Assembly: GCA_016875735.1 (NCBI GenBank)
Contig: VGOW01000013.1
Coordinates: 3,564 to 67,563 of the forward strand
Reading direction: 5' to 3'
DNA: 64,000 bases
Source: Chloroflexota bacterium
GTDB taxonomy: Bacteria; Chloroflexota; Anaerolineae; Anaerolineales; VGOW01
This document shows, in pieces, positions 36,555 through 46,209 of the stretch. The position numbers and the translations under genes were made by a program. The notes below the pieces were generated by a model. That model was not told the origin of the DNA and made no database searches. It was given only the letters and a program-made list of their open reading frames with translations. Position 1 is the first letter of the stretch. Each line of letters starts with the position of its first letter.

Positions 36555-37280
36555 ATGCGCTCACCATACCTCACGGCCCTCTTCAACCCGCTCAACATTG
36601 CTACGCTCATGCTCGCTGTCGCCGCCGGGTTGTGCGCCGCGTGGTGGCTCTTCCCCCTCGGGCTGATCGTTTGGGGGGTGATGGTGTACGGCATCGCCTC
36701 CGATCCTTCTCTGCGGCGGATGCAAATGATGCAGGCCCGCGCGCCGATGGCCCAACGCTTCCAACCGCTCTTCGACCGCATCGAGCGGGCGCAGGCTTCC
36801 ATTTACAACACCGTCTCCGATTCGCACCGCCGTGTGCAGCCGATATTGGAGCCATTGCGCGACGAAGTAGATGCGCTGGTGGAGCGCGCATATCAACTGT
36901 GTCAGCGGATGACGGTGCTGGAAAACTACCGCTCGGTGCAGGCCGTCAACGACAACTCGCAAGCGGAACTCTTTCGCATTGACACCCAACTGGCCGAAGC
37001 CACCGACCCGCTGGTGAAACGCGAATACGAAGAGGCGCGGAGGGCAGTGCAAAAACGCATCGACGCTCTACAGGCCATCGGCACGCAATCGGCTCGTGTG
37101 GAAGCGCAGTTGTCGAGCATGATCGCCGCCCTGTCGGGTGTGCAAGCAGAGCTGGTGCGCCTGCACGCGCTGGGCCCCGAACTTGCCGGGCAGCTCGTGC
37201 CCGCGCAGCAGCGCGTCCTGCGCGAACTCTCCTCTCAACTCTCACAGTTCGAGCAGGAAGTTGCGCGGCTGTCGTTGTAG
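36555..37280 (+). CDS. Hypothetical membrane / coiled-coil protein
   Basis: Start at 'MRSPYLTALF'; the earlier ATG at 36501 lies in the hairpin. Two TM segments, then a long helical region. Directly follows the VWA gene. Confidence 0.5.
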   Translation: MRSPYLTALFNPLNIATLMLAVAAGLCAAWWLFPLGLIVWGVMVYGIASDPSLRRMQMMQARAPMAQRFQPLFDRIERAQASIYNTVSDSHRRVQPILEPLRDEVDALVERAYQLCQRMTVLENYRSVQAVNDNSQAELFRIDTQLAEATDPLVKREYEEARRAVQKRIDALQAIGTQSARVEAQLSSMIAALSGVQAELVRLHALGPELAGQLVPAQQRVLRELSSQLSQFEQEVARLSL

Positions 37281-37348
37281 AGTCGGCGCCCCTTCAACGG
37301 CCTCGCCAATCCGGCGAGGCTGTTTTATTTTCCTCGCCGCCCCCGTTG

Positions 37349-37354
37349 TATAAT
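37349..37354 (+). promoter_or_regulatory. Candidate -10 box TATAAT with a heptamer-word 5' leader
   Basis: 'gttgtataatcccccc', followed by the 37367-37404 word array and the ATG at 37405. Confidence 0.3.
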
Positions 37355-37366
37355 CCCCCCGTTCCC

Positions 37367-37404
37367 CAACCACCCAACCACCTAACCACCTAACTACCTA
37401 ACCA
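37367..37404. repeat. Tandem heptamer words ('ccaacca/cctaacc'), no inverted partner
   Basis: 'ccccaaccacccaaccacctaaccacctaactacctaacca', immediately before the ATG. Confidence 0.8.
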
Positions 37405-38106
37405 ATGCTCTCTTCCCTCCGATTCTCTCGCATTGTCTTCATCGCCTCCTTCGCCGCCGCCGCAACAAACATTGCCTCATACGCTCTGTGGATCAACGCC
37501 GGAGTGACTCTCAGCATCAGCATTCGCGCCTCGCTCATGCTGGCCGCCGATCATCCCGGCCTGTGGGGCGTCGGCTATCTTTTGCAGGCATTCGCTTTCA
37601 TTCTGTGGGCGCTCATCCCCTTTGCCATCGGCAACAAGTTTCGCGGCCTCGCGCCCGGCCTCAGCCAACTCGTTGTCGTCGTCGGCGGGTTTGGGTTTGC
37701 GTGGCGCGCGCTCACCGACTTTGCCCGCGCCGGAAGCATCGAATATCTTGGGCAAATGTACGCCTCGAACGATCCGTTGCTGCGCGCGCTGGCCGAACAA
37801 ATGGCCGCGTGGACTCAGTTGTGGACGTTTGGCGCGGTGTGGGAATTCATGGGCAACGGACTCGCCTTCGGCGCCTTTCCGCTCATCGTCGGACTCTTGT
37901 TCGTTGCGGCGCGCAAACGCGCGCTCGGCTGGACCGTGGCCCTGCTCGGCGGGCTGTCCATGCTCAGTTTCGTCGGCACGGCGTTCTATTACATCTCCGG
38001 CATCCGCTCCGGCATCGATCTGATTCTCACTCCCGGCATCGTCGCCATCGCCGCCGCGCCGTTGTGGCTGGCGTTGTTCGCGTGGCTGGCCGATCGGGAA
38101 TCGTGA
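37405..38106 (+). CDS. Hypothetical polytopic membrane protein
   Basis: 233 aa with about 6 predicted hydrophobic segments. No family recognised. Confidence 0.55.
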   Translation: MLSSLRFSRIVFIASFAAAATNIASYALWINAGVTLSISIRASLMLAADHPGLWGVGYLLQAFAFILWALIPFAIGNKFRGLAPGLSQLVVVVGGFGFAWRALTDFARAGSIEYLGQMYASNDPLLRALAEQMAAWTQLWTFGAVWEFMGNGLAFGAFPLIVGLLFVAARKRALGWTVALLGGLSMLSFVGTAFYYISGIRSGIDLILTPGIVAIAAAPLWLALFAWLADRES

Positions 38107-38107
38107 T

Positions 38108-41074
38108 TCATCGATTCGCCGCGAACGGTTCGCCGACTCTGTCACCTGTGGCGGGGTCATAGAGTCCGACCTCGAAACGCTCGCCAACTGCATACTGTCG
38201 AACGTCCGCGATGACCTCACCGGGTAGCCAACTGGTGGTGGGGCGGGGCGGCGGCGCATCCTGCCCGCCGACGAAGTTGCCCCCCTCGTCGAAAGTGTGA
38301 AGGAACACCGTGTAGCGCACCGCCACCGGCTGAAGCGATTGCCAATAGAGCGTGATTGCCTCCGACCCCACCTCGTAGCCCAACAACCGAATGACCCCGC
38401 CGAAATCGTGGTTCACGCGATGCGCCATCGGCGGAACGTCGAAAGAACGCTCCGGCACGGTGATGGTCACCTCTCCCAACGCGAACGTCTCTGATGCGGG
38501 CGAGCCATCGGCGCGAGAGAAGGTGAGCGCGAGCCGCGCCGGGCCTGCGGGCAAGTCGGGCGGCAAGTCGAGGCGGTGAGGATAACGAATCAATTCGTTG
38601 GCTGACCACAGCGACGACGGATAATCGGGGCCCGCAGGTGGGAACGATTGACTCAATAGCACATCGCCATGGGCCGATGTGAGGGTGACGGAGGCGGCCA
38701 ATCCGTCAATTGGCTCGTTGCCCGATGACCACAGCAGGGTGAAGGGGAGCGGGTCACCCACAGAGAATGCGCCCCCCGCGATGTCGGAATCAATGAGCCG
38801 GAGCGGGCCCGGGGGCAGGGGCTGACCGCGCGAGAGAGTGACCGTGCCCAACTCGAACTCGACACCGGAAGGGACGCCGTCACTCATCACACTGAGGGGC
38901 GAGTCGGCATAGACGATGAGAAGCACTCGATACGCGCCGGGGGGCGTGCCGGGCAGAGCGGGGAGGAGATGAGCATCGCGGGCGTATTGGTCGGTGCGCC
39001 AGCGGGGGGTGGGGATGCCCGCGGGGTGTTGGTGGTCGGACTGGCCGAAGCGCTGGCCGAGGGGGTTGGCGAGTTGGATAGAGGTGTGATACTCGACGGT
39101 GAGAGGTGTGACGGCTTGCCAAAAGAGCGTGACGGGGAGCGATGAACCGGAAGAGAGAGACGTACCGCGTGGGAAATCGAAGCCGAGGAGGCGGAGATGG
39201 TTGCCGAAGTGGGTGGCGGAGGGGTTGGGGAGATGGTCGATGAGGGAGCGGTTGAAGGGCGACTGGATGAAGTCGAGAGCGATGCGAGTGATGAGCAGGC
39301 TGATGAGTAGGAGAGGGAAGGCGAGCGGGAGTGCGGGCGAGGGGAGGATAGGAGGATTGAAGGAGCGCGAGGCGAGAGGGAGGGGGATGAGTAGGGCCAG
39401 GAGGGCGACAATCGAGATGAGGGTGCCGACGATTTGAGGGGGGGTGGGCTGGAGGGAGAGGTGCAGGGTGTGCCGTCCGGGGGGGAGGGGGAGGGTGATG
39501 AGGCCGTGGGGCGATGACACGGTGATGGGCAGGGGCTCCCCATCCAGTCTCGCTTCCCAGCCCGGAAAGTAAAAGATGTTGTAGGTGGCTGTGAATGAGT
39601 CGAAGGACTCATAGGTGAGAGTATGAGCGGTGAGCGAAGTTCGTTCTTCGATGAGCGTGACATTGGAATCAAGCGGAGCGAGGCGCGAGGGGATGTCGCT
39701 CTTGGCGTAACGAGGCAGAGTCGTGTCCGGCGAGGGGAGTTCGGCTACCCAACGGGGCAAAAACTCCTGTAAGTTGGTTGTGCCCAGCCGAGTCGGGTGA
39801 GCGATTTCATCGCGGATAATGTCCGGCGGGCGAATGATATCCGGGAAGTGGTCGAACGGCGCGTGGAATGTCCAGGTGAGAGTAAAGAAAAAGATGGAGG
39901 CGACCGAAGCGAGCGCAACAAATCGATGGCGCGATGGTGCGGCGAAGAGGCTGATGCACGCCCCGCACAGCCAGGCAAGGAGAAGCATAGCCGGGCCAAG
40001 CAAACGAAACGGGAATTGTATTTGCTTCGCGATTGGCAGAACATTCCACAACGGCAGTGAGGCGCGCAGGTTCATGAAGATCAGCAAACTGGCGAGCAAA
40101 AGAAAGGCAATAGCGGCGGGCCGCCACTCGCGGCGCAAGCGGCGGAAGAAAATAGCAACGGTGGTCGCGAAGGCCAATGCCAGTTGCGGCCATGGCACAC
40201 TGATGGGGCGGATGTTGACGACGTGGTGCGGGTCGAACGGCACGGGGGCAGAGAAAAGATCGGCGGCTGTGCCGAAGTTGGCGGCGTAATCGTAGGCGCT
40301 GGTGCGTTCAAGTTGAATGTTCGGCGACTCGGCGATGAAGGGGATCAAAAAGAATGCGGCGATGCCGACGGCTTGCGCGAAACTCCCGCCGAGGGGGATG
40401 AGCCTCTGCAATCTGTTTGCGCCGCGCTCTGCCGGGGCGATCAGCGCGCCGTAGAGGAGCAGGATAGGCGTGAGAAGGAGAGCCGAAAGGTTATGAGTGA
40501 GAAGGAAGGCGGCGCACATCAATGTGAAAGCGATACGCGCCGCGCGCGACGGCTGACGGATCAATCGCAGAGCCAGCCAGAAAAGCCAAGGGGCCAGCGC
40601 CAGGCCCCACATCTCCGGGTATGCGCTCCGATCCAAGATGCTGAAATATACGTACGGCGTGAGTGTGTAAGCCGCGCCGGCAACCATCCCGGCGGTGGGC
40701 GATTCGAATTGATCGCGCGCCCAAAGGAACATGCCGACGACAGCGACGGGCATGGAGAGGGCGAATCCCCACATGAACGCCAGCGGGAACGAGGGCACGA
40801 ATGTGTGGACGGCAAGCAAAATGTAATATGACAGCGGCGCGTAAAAGTTGAGCACCGGAGCGCCGAAGCCGAAGTGAAGATCGGCGAACCAACGCGGAAA
40901 GAGATCGCCGTGCCGCATATGCCAATCGAGCAAAGCGAATCGGTAGAGATGATTGGGGCCGTCGGTGATGGCTTCGGCCTGTAGCGGCGGGCCGTAACGC
41001 AATAGCGGCCACGCGGCGATGAGCGAGAGCGCGGCGAGCGCGGCGAGGGTTGTAAGTCGGTTTCGCAGTGGCAC
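38108..41074 (-). CDS. PTPS-related-domain polytopic membrane protein (GT-C-like), paralog of 9699-12770
   Basis: 988 aa. 'FPRWFADLHFGFGAPVLNFYAPLSYY'. Colinear with 9699-12770, including the C-terminal modules. Confidence 0.65.
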   Translation of the reverse strand: MPLRNRLTTLAALAALSLIAAWPLLRYGPPLQAEAITDGPNHLYRFALLDWHMRHGDLFPRWFADLHFGFGAPVLNFYAPLSYYILLAVHTFVPSFPLAFMWGFALSMPVAVVGMFLWARDQFESPTAGMVAGAAYTLTPYVYFSILDRSAYPEMWGLALAPWLFWLALRLIRQPSRAARIAFTLMCAAFLLTHNLSALLLTPILLLYGALIAPAERGANRLQRLIPLGGSFAQAVGIAAFFLIPFIAESPNIQLERTSAYDYAANFGTAADLFSAPVPFDPHHVVNIRPISVPWPQLALAFATTVAIFFRRLRREWRPAAIAFLLLASLLIFMNLRASLPLWNVLPIAKQIQFPFRLLGPAMLLLAWLCGACISLFAAPSRHRFVALASVASIFFFTLTWTFHAPFDHFPDIIRPPDIIRDEIAHPTRLGTTNLQEFLPRWVAELPSPDTTLPRYAKSDIPSRLAPLDSNVTLIEERTSLTAHTLTYESFDSFTATYNIFYFPGWEARLDGEPLPITVSSPHGLITLPLPPGRHTLHLSLQPTPPQIVGTLISIVALLALLIPLPLASRSFNPPILPSPALPLAFPLLLISLLITRIALDFIQSPFNRSLIDHLPNPSATHFGNHLRLLGFDFPRGTSLSSGSSLPVTLFWQAVTPLTVEYHTSIQLANPLGQRFGQSDHQHPAGIPTPRWRTDQYARDAHLLPALPGTPPGAYRVLLIVYADSPLSVMSDGVPSGVEFELGTVTLSRGQPLPPGPLRLIDSDIAGGAFSVGDPLPFTLLWSSGNEPIDGLAASVTLTSAHGDVLLSQSFPPAGPDYPSSLWSANELIRYPHRLDLPPDLPAGPARLALTFSRADGSPASETFALGEVTITVPERSFDVPPMAHRVNHDFGGVIRLLGYEVGSEAITLYWQSLQPVAVRYTVFLHTFDEGGNFVGGQDAPPPRPTTSWLPGEVIADVRQYAVGERFEVGLYDPATGDRVGEPFAANR

Positions 41075-41133
41075 AGGATGCTGAGAAGGAATGATGGCTT
41101 GATTATATCTGACTCGTCTGCCAAAATAGCCGC

Positions 41134-43098
41134 ATGAAATTGATTCGCGGCGAGTTTGCGGTTCGCGCTATTGCCGGTGTGGCTGTGTTCGCCGTGTGCC
41201 TCTTGGTCGGCGGTGGGCACTTCCACACCATTGACGAAGTCTCGATGTTCGTCACCGCCGCCAATGTTGTCAATCGCGGCGAACTGCACACCAATCAATT
41301 GGGCTGGGCGCAGTGGGCCAACCGCCCCGGCGAAGAGCAAGGCTTGCTCTCCGAAAGCGGCGACCTTTATTCCAAAAAGAGTCCGGCTGTGATCGCGCTC
41401 ATGATTCCGCTGGCGGTCATTGGGCGGATCATCCCATCGCTCGGCATGATCGGCGGCGTGCTGTTGCTTGGGCCGATCCGCACGGCGCTCACCGCCGTGC
41501 TTCTGTTTTCCACAGCGCGCGATCTGGGATACAACCGCGCCATCGCCGCGCTCGCTACTGCCGCATTCGCGCTGGGCACAATGGCACTGCCGTATTCGCG
41601 GCTGGCCATGGGCGAGCCGGTGGCGAGTCTGGGGTTGGTGCTTTCGCTGTGGGCATGGCAAAAACCAACTCAACTGCACACCACCGTTCTCTGCGGCGCG
41701 GGACTCGCGCTCGCCATCGGCGCCAACGCCGTGTACGCCGGATTCGTTTTCATCTTTGCCATCGCCCTCATTCTGCCCCAATGGAAAAGCAAATCACTGC
41801 GCGAACACGCCTCTCAACTTTCGCTCTTCGCCTTGCCCATTGCCGCCATCGGCGCGGCGCTGGCTGCATATAACTTCGCTCGCTTCGGCAGTGTTCTGCA
41901 AACAGGCTATCACTTTGCAGCCGGGCAAGAGGGGTTCAGCACACCGCTGTGGTGGGGCGCTCTCGGCCTCACCATCAGCCCGGCGCGCGGATTGCTTTGG
42001 TACAGTCCGCCCGCACTCCTCACCCTCGTCGCATGGCCGCGCTTTCTCTTGCCCATCACCGCGCCGCTTCTCATTGTGTGCCTTCCACTTTTTGAATCCA
42101 AAACGATGCGTTCGCGCATTGGAGTCGGCGCAATTCTGTGCGCGGGCTTCGCCGTGCAAATCGTCGGCCTCGCAACCGATTTCAACATCTACGAGGGCGA
42201 ACTCGAAAGCCAATTCCCGGTGGACAAATCGAAACCGCTTCTCTATCATCACGATCCGTCGTTGGTGTACGACGCGCGTCGGTCACCGATAGTCATCCAT
42301 TTCCAACGAGTGGCGGCTTCCCGGCCGGACATCGCTTGGTGGCCGGGGGGCCGACAACCAACACCCATCCCCGAAATCCTGTCGACGATTCAGACTCAGC
42401 AGACTGCGGACGATGCCCTCGTGTATCTCGTCCCCGAAATCATCGACCCGTTGGTGGAAACCGCCAACCTGCCGCCGACCTTTGGCCTGCCGGTGAACGT
42501 GCGCCCCGACGATGCGCTCGCCAACCGACTCTTCGACCGCACGCGGCGCGACGCGATACGCGTGTGGATGATCACGTGGTACGGCGCGAGCGACCCCGGC
42601 AACTGGTACGAGGCGCGATTGCGAGAGCATTGGGCAAGCGTGAGCGAGCAAGCCCTCGACGGCTATCGCGTGATTCTGTTTGCGCGCCCGCCGATGGAGT
42701 CGGTCACAGTACCCGCAGACGCAACCTTCGGCTCTCTGCGATTGATCGCTTACGCGACTGACATTGACTCCGCAACGCTGTTCGTCGAATTGCATTGGGG
42801 CGCAACCGAGCTGCCTGCCGGAGATTACACCGCATTCGTTCACGTCGTCGGCGCGGATGGCGCATTGATCGCCGGGCAAGATCGCCAGCCGCTCGGCGGC
42901 TACCGGCGCACGAGCATGTGGCGACTCGGCGAAACCGTTGTGGATCGATTTGCGTTCGCGCTCGCGCCCGACCAACTCGACGACGCGCATGTCGAAGTCG
43001 GCTGGTATTCGTGGCCCTCACTGCAACGCCTGCCCCTCACCGACTCGTCGGGGAGCCGAGTCGAAACCGACAGCCTCACCCTTCCAATCAACCGTTAA
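41134..43098 (+). CDS. GT-C-fold membrane glycosyltransferase-like protein (ArnT/PMT-like) with C-terminal beta-rich module
   Basis: 654 aa, multi-TM. C-terminus 'LHWGATELPAGDYTAFVHVVGADGALIAGQD..' is the same module as in the other GT-C proteins. Confidence 0.6.
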   Translation: MKLIRGEFAVRAIAGVAVFAVCLLVGGGHFHTIDEVSMFVTAANVVNRGELHTNQLGWAQWANRPGEEQGLLSESGDLYSKKSPAVIALMIPLAVIGRIIPSLGMIGGVLLLGPIRTALTAVLLFSTARDLGYNRAIAALATAAFALGTMALPYSRLAMGEPVASLGLVLSLWAWQKPTQLHTTVLCGAGLALAIGANAVYAGFVFIFAIALILPQWKSKSLREHASQLSLFALPIAAIGAALAAYNFARFGSVLQTGYHFAAGQEGFSTPLWWGALGLTISPARGLLWYSPPALLTLVAWPRFLLPITAPLLIVCLPLFESKTMRSRIGVGAILCAGFAVQIVGLATDFNIYEGELESQFPVDKSKPLLYHHDPSLVYDARRSPIVIHFQRVAASRPDIAWWPGGRQPTPIPEILSTIQTQQTADDALVYLVPEIIDPLVETANLPPTFGLPVNVRPDDALANRLFDRTRRDAIRVWMITWYGASDPGNWYEARLREHWASVSEQALDGYRVILFARPPMESVTVPADATFGSLRLIAYATDIDSATLFVELHWGATELPAGDYTAFVHVVGADGALIAGQDRQPLGGYRRTSMWRLGETVVDRFAFALAPDQLDDAHVEVGWYSWPSLQRLPLTDSSGSRVETDSLTLPINR

Positions 43099-43112
43099 TC
43101 GTCAACCCTGTC

Positions 43113-43943
43113 ATGCAAACCACAAACCCCTTTCGCCCGCTCGTCACCCTCATGGCAAAAACGCTCGGCTGGACTCCTTCGAGCTACTTCATGCTCAGCG
43201 TGTTCTTCATTCTGCTGTTTGTCATCGGCGTAGTGTGGTGGCCATTGGTGGAGGCCAACCTGGCCATCATCGACTGGAGCCAGCCGTTGTGGATCGAAAT
43301 CATTCGCAAGATGGATTGGTTGCTGCTGTTCGACTTCGTAGTGATGACTCTGCTGATCATGGCTCGCGCCGATCTCAAATCCGATGCGCTCATTGTCGCC
43401 GTCGGCTTCGCGGGCGGCCTCGTCATCGAATCGTGGGGGACGCAGACTCACCTGTGGAACTATTTCACTCTCGAGCGCCCGCCGCTGTGGATTATTCCGG
43501 CGTGGCCCATCGCCAGCCTCTCCATTGATCGCCTCTACCGCTTCCTCGACCGACTCCGCATATTCAACATTCCGTATTCCGCATTCCGCATTCTCTATTG
43601 GCTTCTCTTCCTTTCCTTCTACGCCCTCATGCTTCGTTTCGTGTGGCCCACGCTCGACAAGTCGCTCACCCTCGCCGCGCTCGCCCTCTGCGCTCTGCTC
43701 ATCCTCAGCCCCACCGATCACCGCGCCGCCGTGCTCACCTTCGTTGCCGGTTCGAGTCTCGGCTACTTTCTCGAACTGTGGGGCACCACTCGCGCTTGCT
43801 GGATCTATTACACCTTCGAGACTCCGCCGCTGTTCGCCGTGCTCGCACACGGCATGGCCGCCGTCGCCTTTTGGAGAGTGGTGTTGTTGACGAAGGCGTG
43901 GACGCAACGAATTGTGAATCCGCCTTCCACCTCTCGTTCATAA
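43113..43943 (+). CDS. Hypothetical polytopic membrane protein
   Basis: Start at 'MQTTNPFRPL' (43113). The track ORF from 42795 overlaps the previous gene. About 8 hydrophobic segments. Confidence 0.5.
   Translation: MQTTNPFRPLVTLMAKTLGWTPSSYFMLSVFFILLFVIGVVWWPLVEANLAIIDWSQPLWIEIIRKMDWLLLFDFVVMTLLIMARADLKSDALIVAVGFAGGLVIESWGTQTHLWNYFTLERPPLWIIPAWPIASLSIDRLYRFLDRLRIFNIPYSAFRILYWLLFLSFYALMLRFVWPTLDKSLTLAALALCALLILSPTDHRAAVLTFVAGSSLGYFLELWGTTRACWIYYTFETPPLFAVLAHGMAAVAFWRVVLLTKAWTQRIVNPPSTSRS
43568..43595. repeat. Intragenic tandem heptamers 'gcattcc'
   Basis: 'cattccgtattccgcattccgcattctc' (IPYSAFRIL). Same word as 9273-9307. Confidence 0.8.
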
Positions 43944-43993
43944 TTCATTCACAATCTTTTCGCATACTCCTGTTCAATAAAGGAGAAAACGTC

Positions 43994-44170
43994 ATGAACA
44001 GGAATATCATCGTTTCAATACTTGTGGCGCTTGCGCTGATTGCCGGCGTGGCCGGCGTCGGCGCGGTTGCCTTTCGAGCCGGAGTCACTTACGGCATTGC
44101 CCAGAGCGGCGAAGTGGCCGCCGCCATCGAAAACGGCAAACCGTTTGCCGACGGCATCCCCTATGGTTGA
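43994..44170 (+). CDS. Small membrane-anchored protein
   Basis: 58 aa. Strong SD 'aaaggagaaaacgtcATG'. One TM segment. Confidence 0.45.
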   Translation: MNRNIIVSILVALALIAGVAGVGAVAFRAGVTYGIAQSGEVAAAIENGKPFADGIPYG

Positions 44171-44312
44171 GGAATGGCACAAACGGATGCACGGCGAGAC
44201 TCCGACTCCGCAATCCGACAATCCGCCACCGAGCAACGGGTAACGCTCACGAGGCCGCAACCGGGGGATGCGGCCTTTTCGATTCGACCGTTTGCGGTTA
44301 AACTCTCTGGCA

Positions 44313-44996
44313 ATGAAAACCATTCTCGTCGTTGACGACGAGCCGCAGATCACCCAACTCGCTCGGGCTTACCTTGAGCAAGCGGGCTACCGTGTGCTCA
44401 TTGCCCGCGACGGCAAAGCCGCGCTGGCCAATGTTCGCGCCGAGAAGCCCGACCTCATCGTGCTCGATCTCGGCCTGCCGGGATTGGACGGCCTCGACGT
44501 GACTCGCGCCGTGCGCAAAGAGTCGAACGTGCCCATTGTCATGCTCACTGCGCGCGGAGACGAAAGCGACAAACTGATCGGACTCGAACTCGGCGCGGAC
44601 GATTACATCGTCAAACCGTTCAGCCCGAAAGAACTGGTGGCGCGTGTGCGCGCTGTCCTCCGCCGCGCCGAGTCCGGTTCCCAACCCAACGCCGAGATCA
44701 TCCGCGCCGCTGACCTCACACTCGACACGGCGCGGTTGCGTGTGACAGCGGGCGGCGCGGCGGTGGAAGTGACGGCGACCGAGTTTCAACTCCTCGCCAC
44801 CCTCGCCGCCCAGCCGCGCCGTATTTTCACTCGCGCCCAACTGCTCGACGCGGCACACGGAGTTGCCTTCGAGTCGTACGAGCGCGCGATAGACGCGCAC
44901 ATCAAAAACATCCGCCGCAAAATCGAACCCAACCCGCGCCAGCCCAAATACATCCTCACTGTGTATAGAGTGGGGTATATGTTTGCGGATGAGTAA
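44313..44996 (+). CDS. OmpR-family response regulator
   Basis: 227 aa. 'ILVVDDEPQI', 'LDLGLPGLDG', winged-helix C-terminus. Confidence 0.9.
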   Translation: MKTILVVDDEPQITQLARAYLEQAGYRVLIARDGKAALANVRAEKPDLIVLDLGLPGLDGLDVTRAVRKESNVPIVMLTARGDESDKLIGLELGADDYIVKPFSPKELVARVRAVLRRAESGSQPNAEIIRAADLTLDTARLRVTAGGAAVEVTATEFQLLATLAAQPRRIFTRAQLLDAAHGVAFESYERAIDAHIKNIRRKIEPNPRQPKYILTVYRVGYMFADE

Positions 44997-44998
44997 TT

Positions 44999-45050
44999 CT
45001 CCAATTCTCTGATCCTCTAATCTCAGAATTAGAGGATCAGAGAATTGGAG
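44999..45050. repeat. Perfect 23-bp-stem hairpin ('ccaattc/ccaatct' family) between the response-regulator and kinase genes
   Basis: 'ctccaattctctgatcctctaat ctcaga attagaggatcagagaattggag'. Confidence 0.9.
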
Positions 45051-45061
45051 ATTTGAGATCG

Positions 45062-46156
45062 ATGCCCCCTCCCCATCGCCCCCCCTGGTGGCCCGCCAAC
45101 GAACCCTGGCCCCCGGCCCGCCCGCCGTGGCGGCGCGGCTGGCGGAACGGCCATCGATTCTTTTTTTGGCGCGTCGCCGCCATGTTCGCGCTCATGACTC
45201 TCTTCATGATGAGCGGATGCGCGTTGGCGATGTGGCTGGCGCTCATCGGGTTCTCGAATCTACCTTCGGGGGCGATGCCCTTTTTGTTGTTCAGTGGATT
45301 CGTGATTGCGGTGGTAGGGATGATGCTCATCGGGCGCGCGTTCCGGCGCATCGCCGCGCCGATGGGCGATTTGATGGAGGCCGCCTCTCGCGTGGAACGC
45401 GGCGACTATTCGGCGCGAGTGATCGAGCGCGGCCCGCGCGAGGTGCGCGATCTCGCCCGCGCTTTCAACGCCATGGCCGGGCGTTTGCAAAAAGATGAGG
45501 AACAGCGGCGCAAGTTACTGGCCGATGTGACTCACGAATTGCGCACGCCGCTGACGGTGATGCAGGGAAACATCGAAGCTCTGCTCGACGGTGTGTACCC
45601 GCGCGACGATGATCACCTCGCGCCGATGCTCGAAGAGACGCGCGTCCTCTCGCGGCTCGTCGAAGACCTGCGCACGATGGCCCTCGCCGAGAGCGGCGCG
45701 TTGAAACTGCACCGCGAGCCCACCGATCTTGGCGTGCTGATCGAGGAAACGCTGGCCTCGTTCCACGCTCAAAGCGACTCGGCAGGGGTGGCGCTGGCCG
45801 CGCGCATCCCGAACGACGTTCCATTGATGGACATCGATCCCGTTCGCATCCGCGAGGTGTTGGCGAATCTACTTGCCAATGCTTTGCGGCACACGCCGCG
45901 CGGCGGCGCGGTGGAAGTAGCCGTTTCGATTGGCGGCCGCGCCGTGACTGTTTCGGTGGCGGACACCGGGATCGGCATTCCGCCGGAAGACTTGCCGCGT
46001 GTCTTCGACCGTTTTTACAAATCGGAGCAGAGTCGGGGGACGGGACTCGGGCTGGCGATTGCCAAAAATCTGGTGGCGGCGCACGGCGGGGAGATCGTGG
46101 CCGAGAGTCCGCCGGGCGGCGGCGCGACGATTCGATTTGCCCTGCCAATAGTATGA
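45062..46156 (+). CDS. Sensor histidine kinase (HAMP-HisKA-HATPase)
   Basis: 'ADVTHELRTPLT', 'DTGIGIP', 'GTGLGLAIAK'. Pro/Trp-rich N-terminus. An alternative TTG start is at 45053. Confidence 0.88.
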   Translation: MPPPHRPPWWPANEPWPPARPPWRRGWRNGHRFFFWRVAAMFALMTLFMMSGCALAMWLALIGFSNLPSGAMPFLLFSGFVIAVVGMMLIGRAFRRIAAPMGDLMEAASRVERGDYSARVIERGPREVRDLARAFNAMAGRLQKDEEQRRKLLADVTHELRTPLTVMQGNIEALLDGVYPRDDDHLAPMLEETRVLSRLVEDLRTMALAESGALKLHREPTDLGVLIEETLASFHAQSDSAGVALAARIPNDVPLMDIDPVRIREVLANLLANALRHTPRGGAVEVAVSIGGRAVTVSVADTGIGIPPEDLPRVFDRFYKSEQSRGTGLGLAIAKNLVAAHGGEIVAESPPGGGATIRFALPIV

Positions 46157-46209
46157 AACCCTCGGCATCGTTTGGTAAAATTTACGGCGCACACCCAAGG
46201 AGGAGAGTC

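Noticed and set aside
44040-44243. 67-aa ORF overlapping the end of the small membrane protein gene ('..MVEEWHKRMHGETPTPQSDNPPPSNG')
   Set aside because: No SD and it overlaps 43994-44170 in another frame. It could be a frameshifted continuation of the small protein, but I have no evidence either way.
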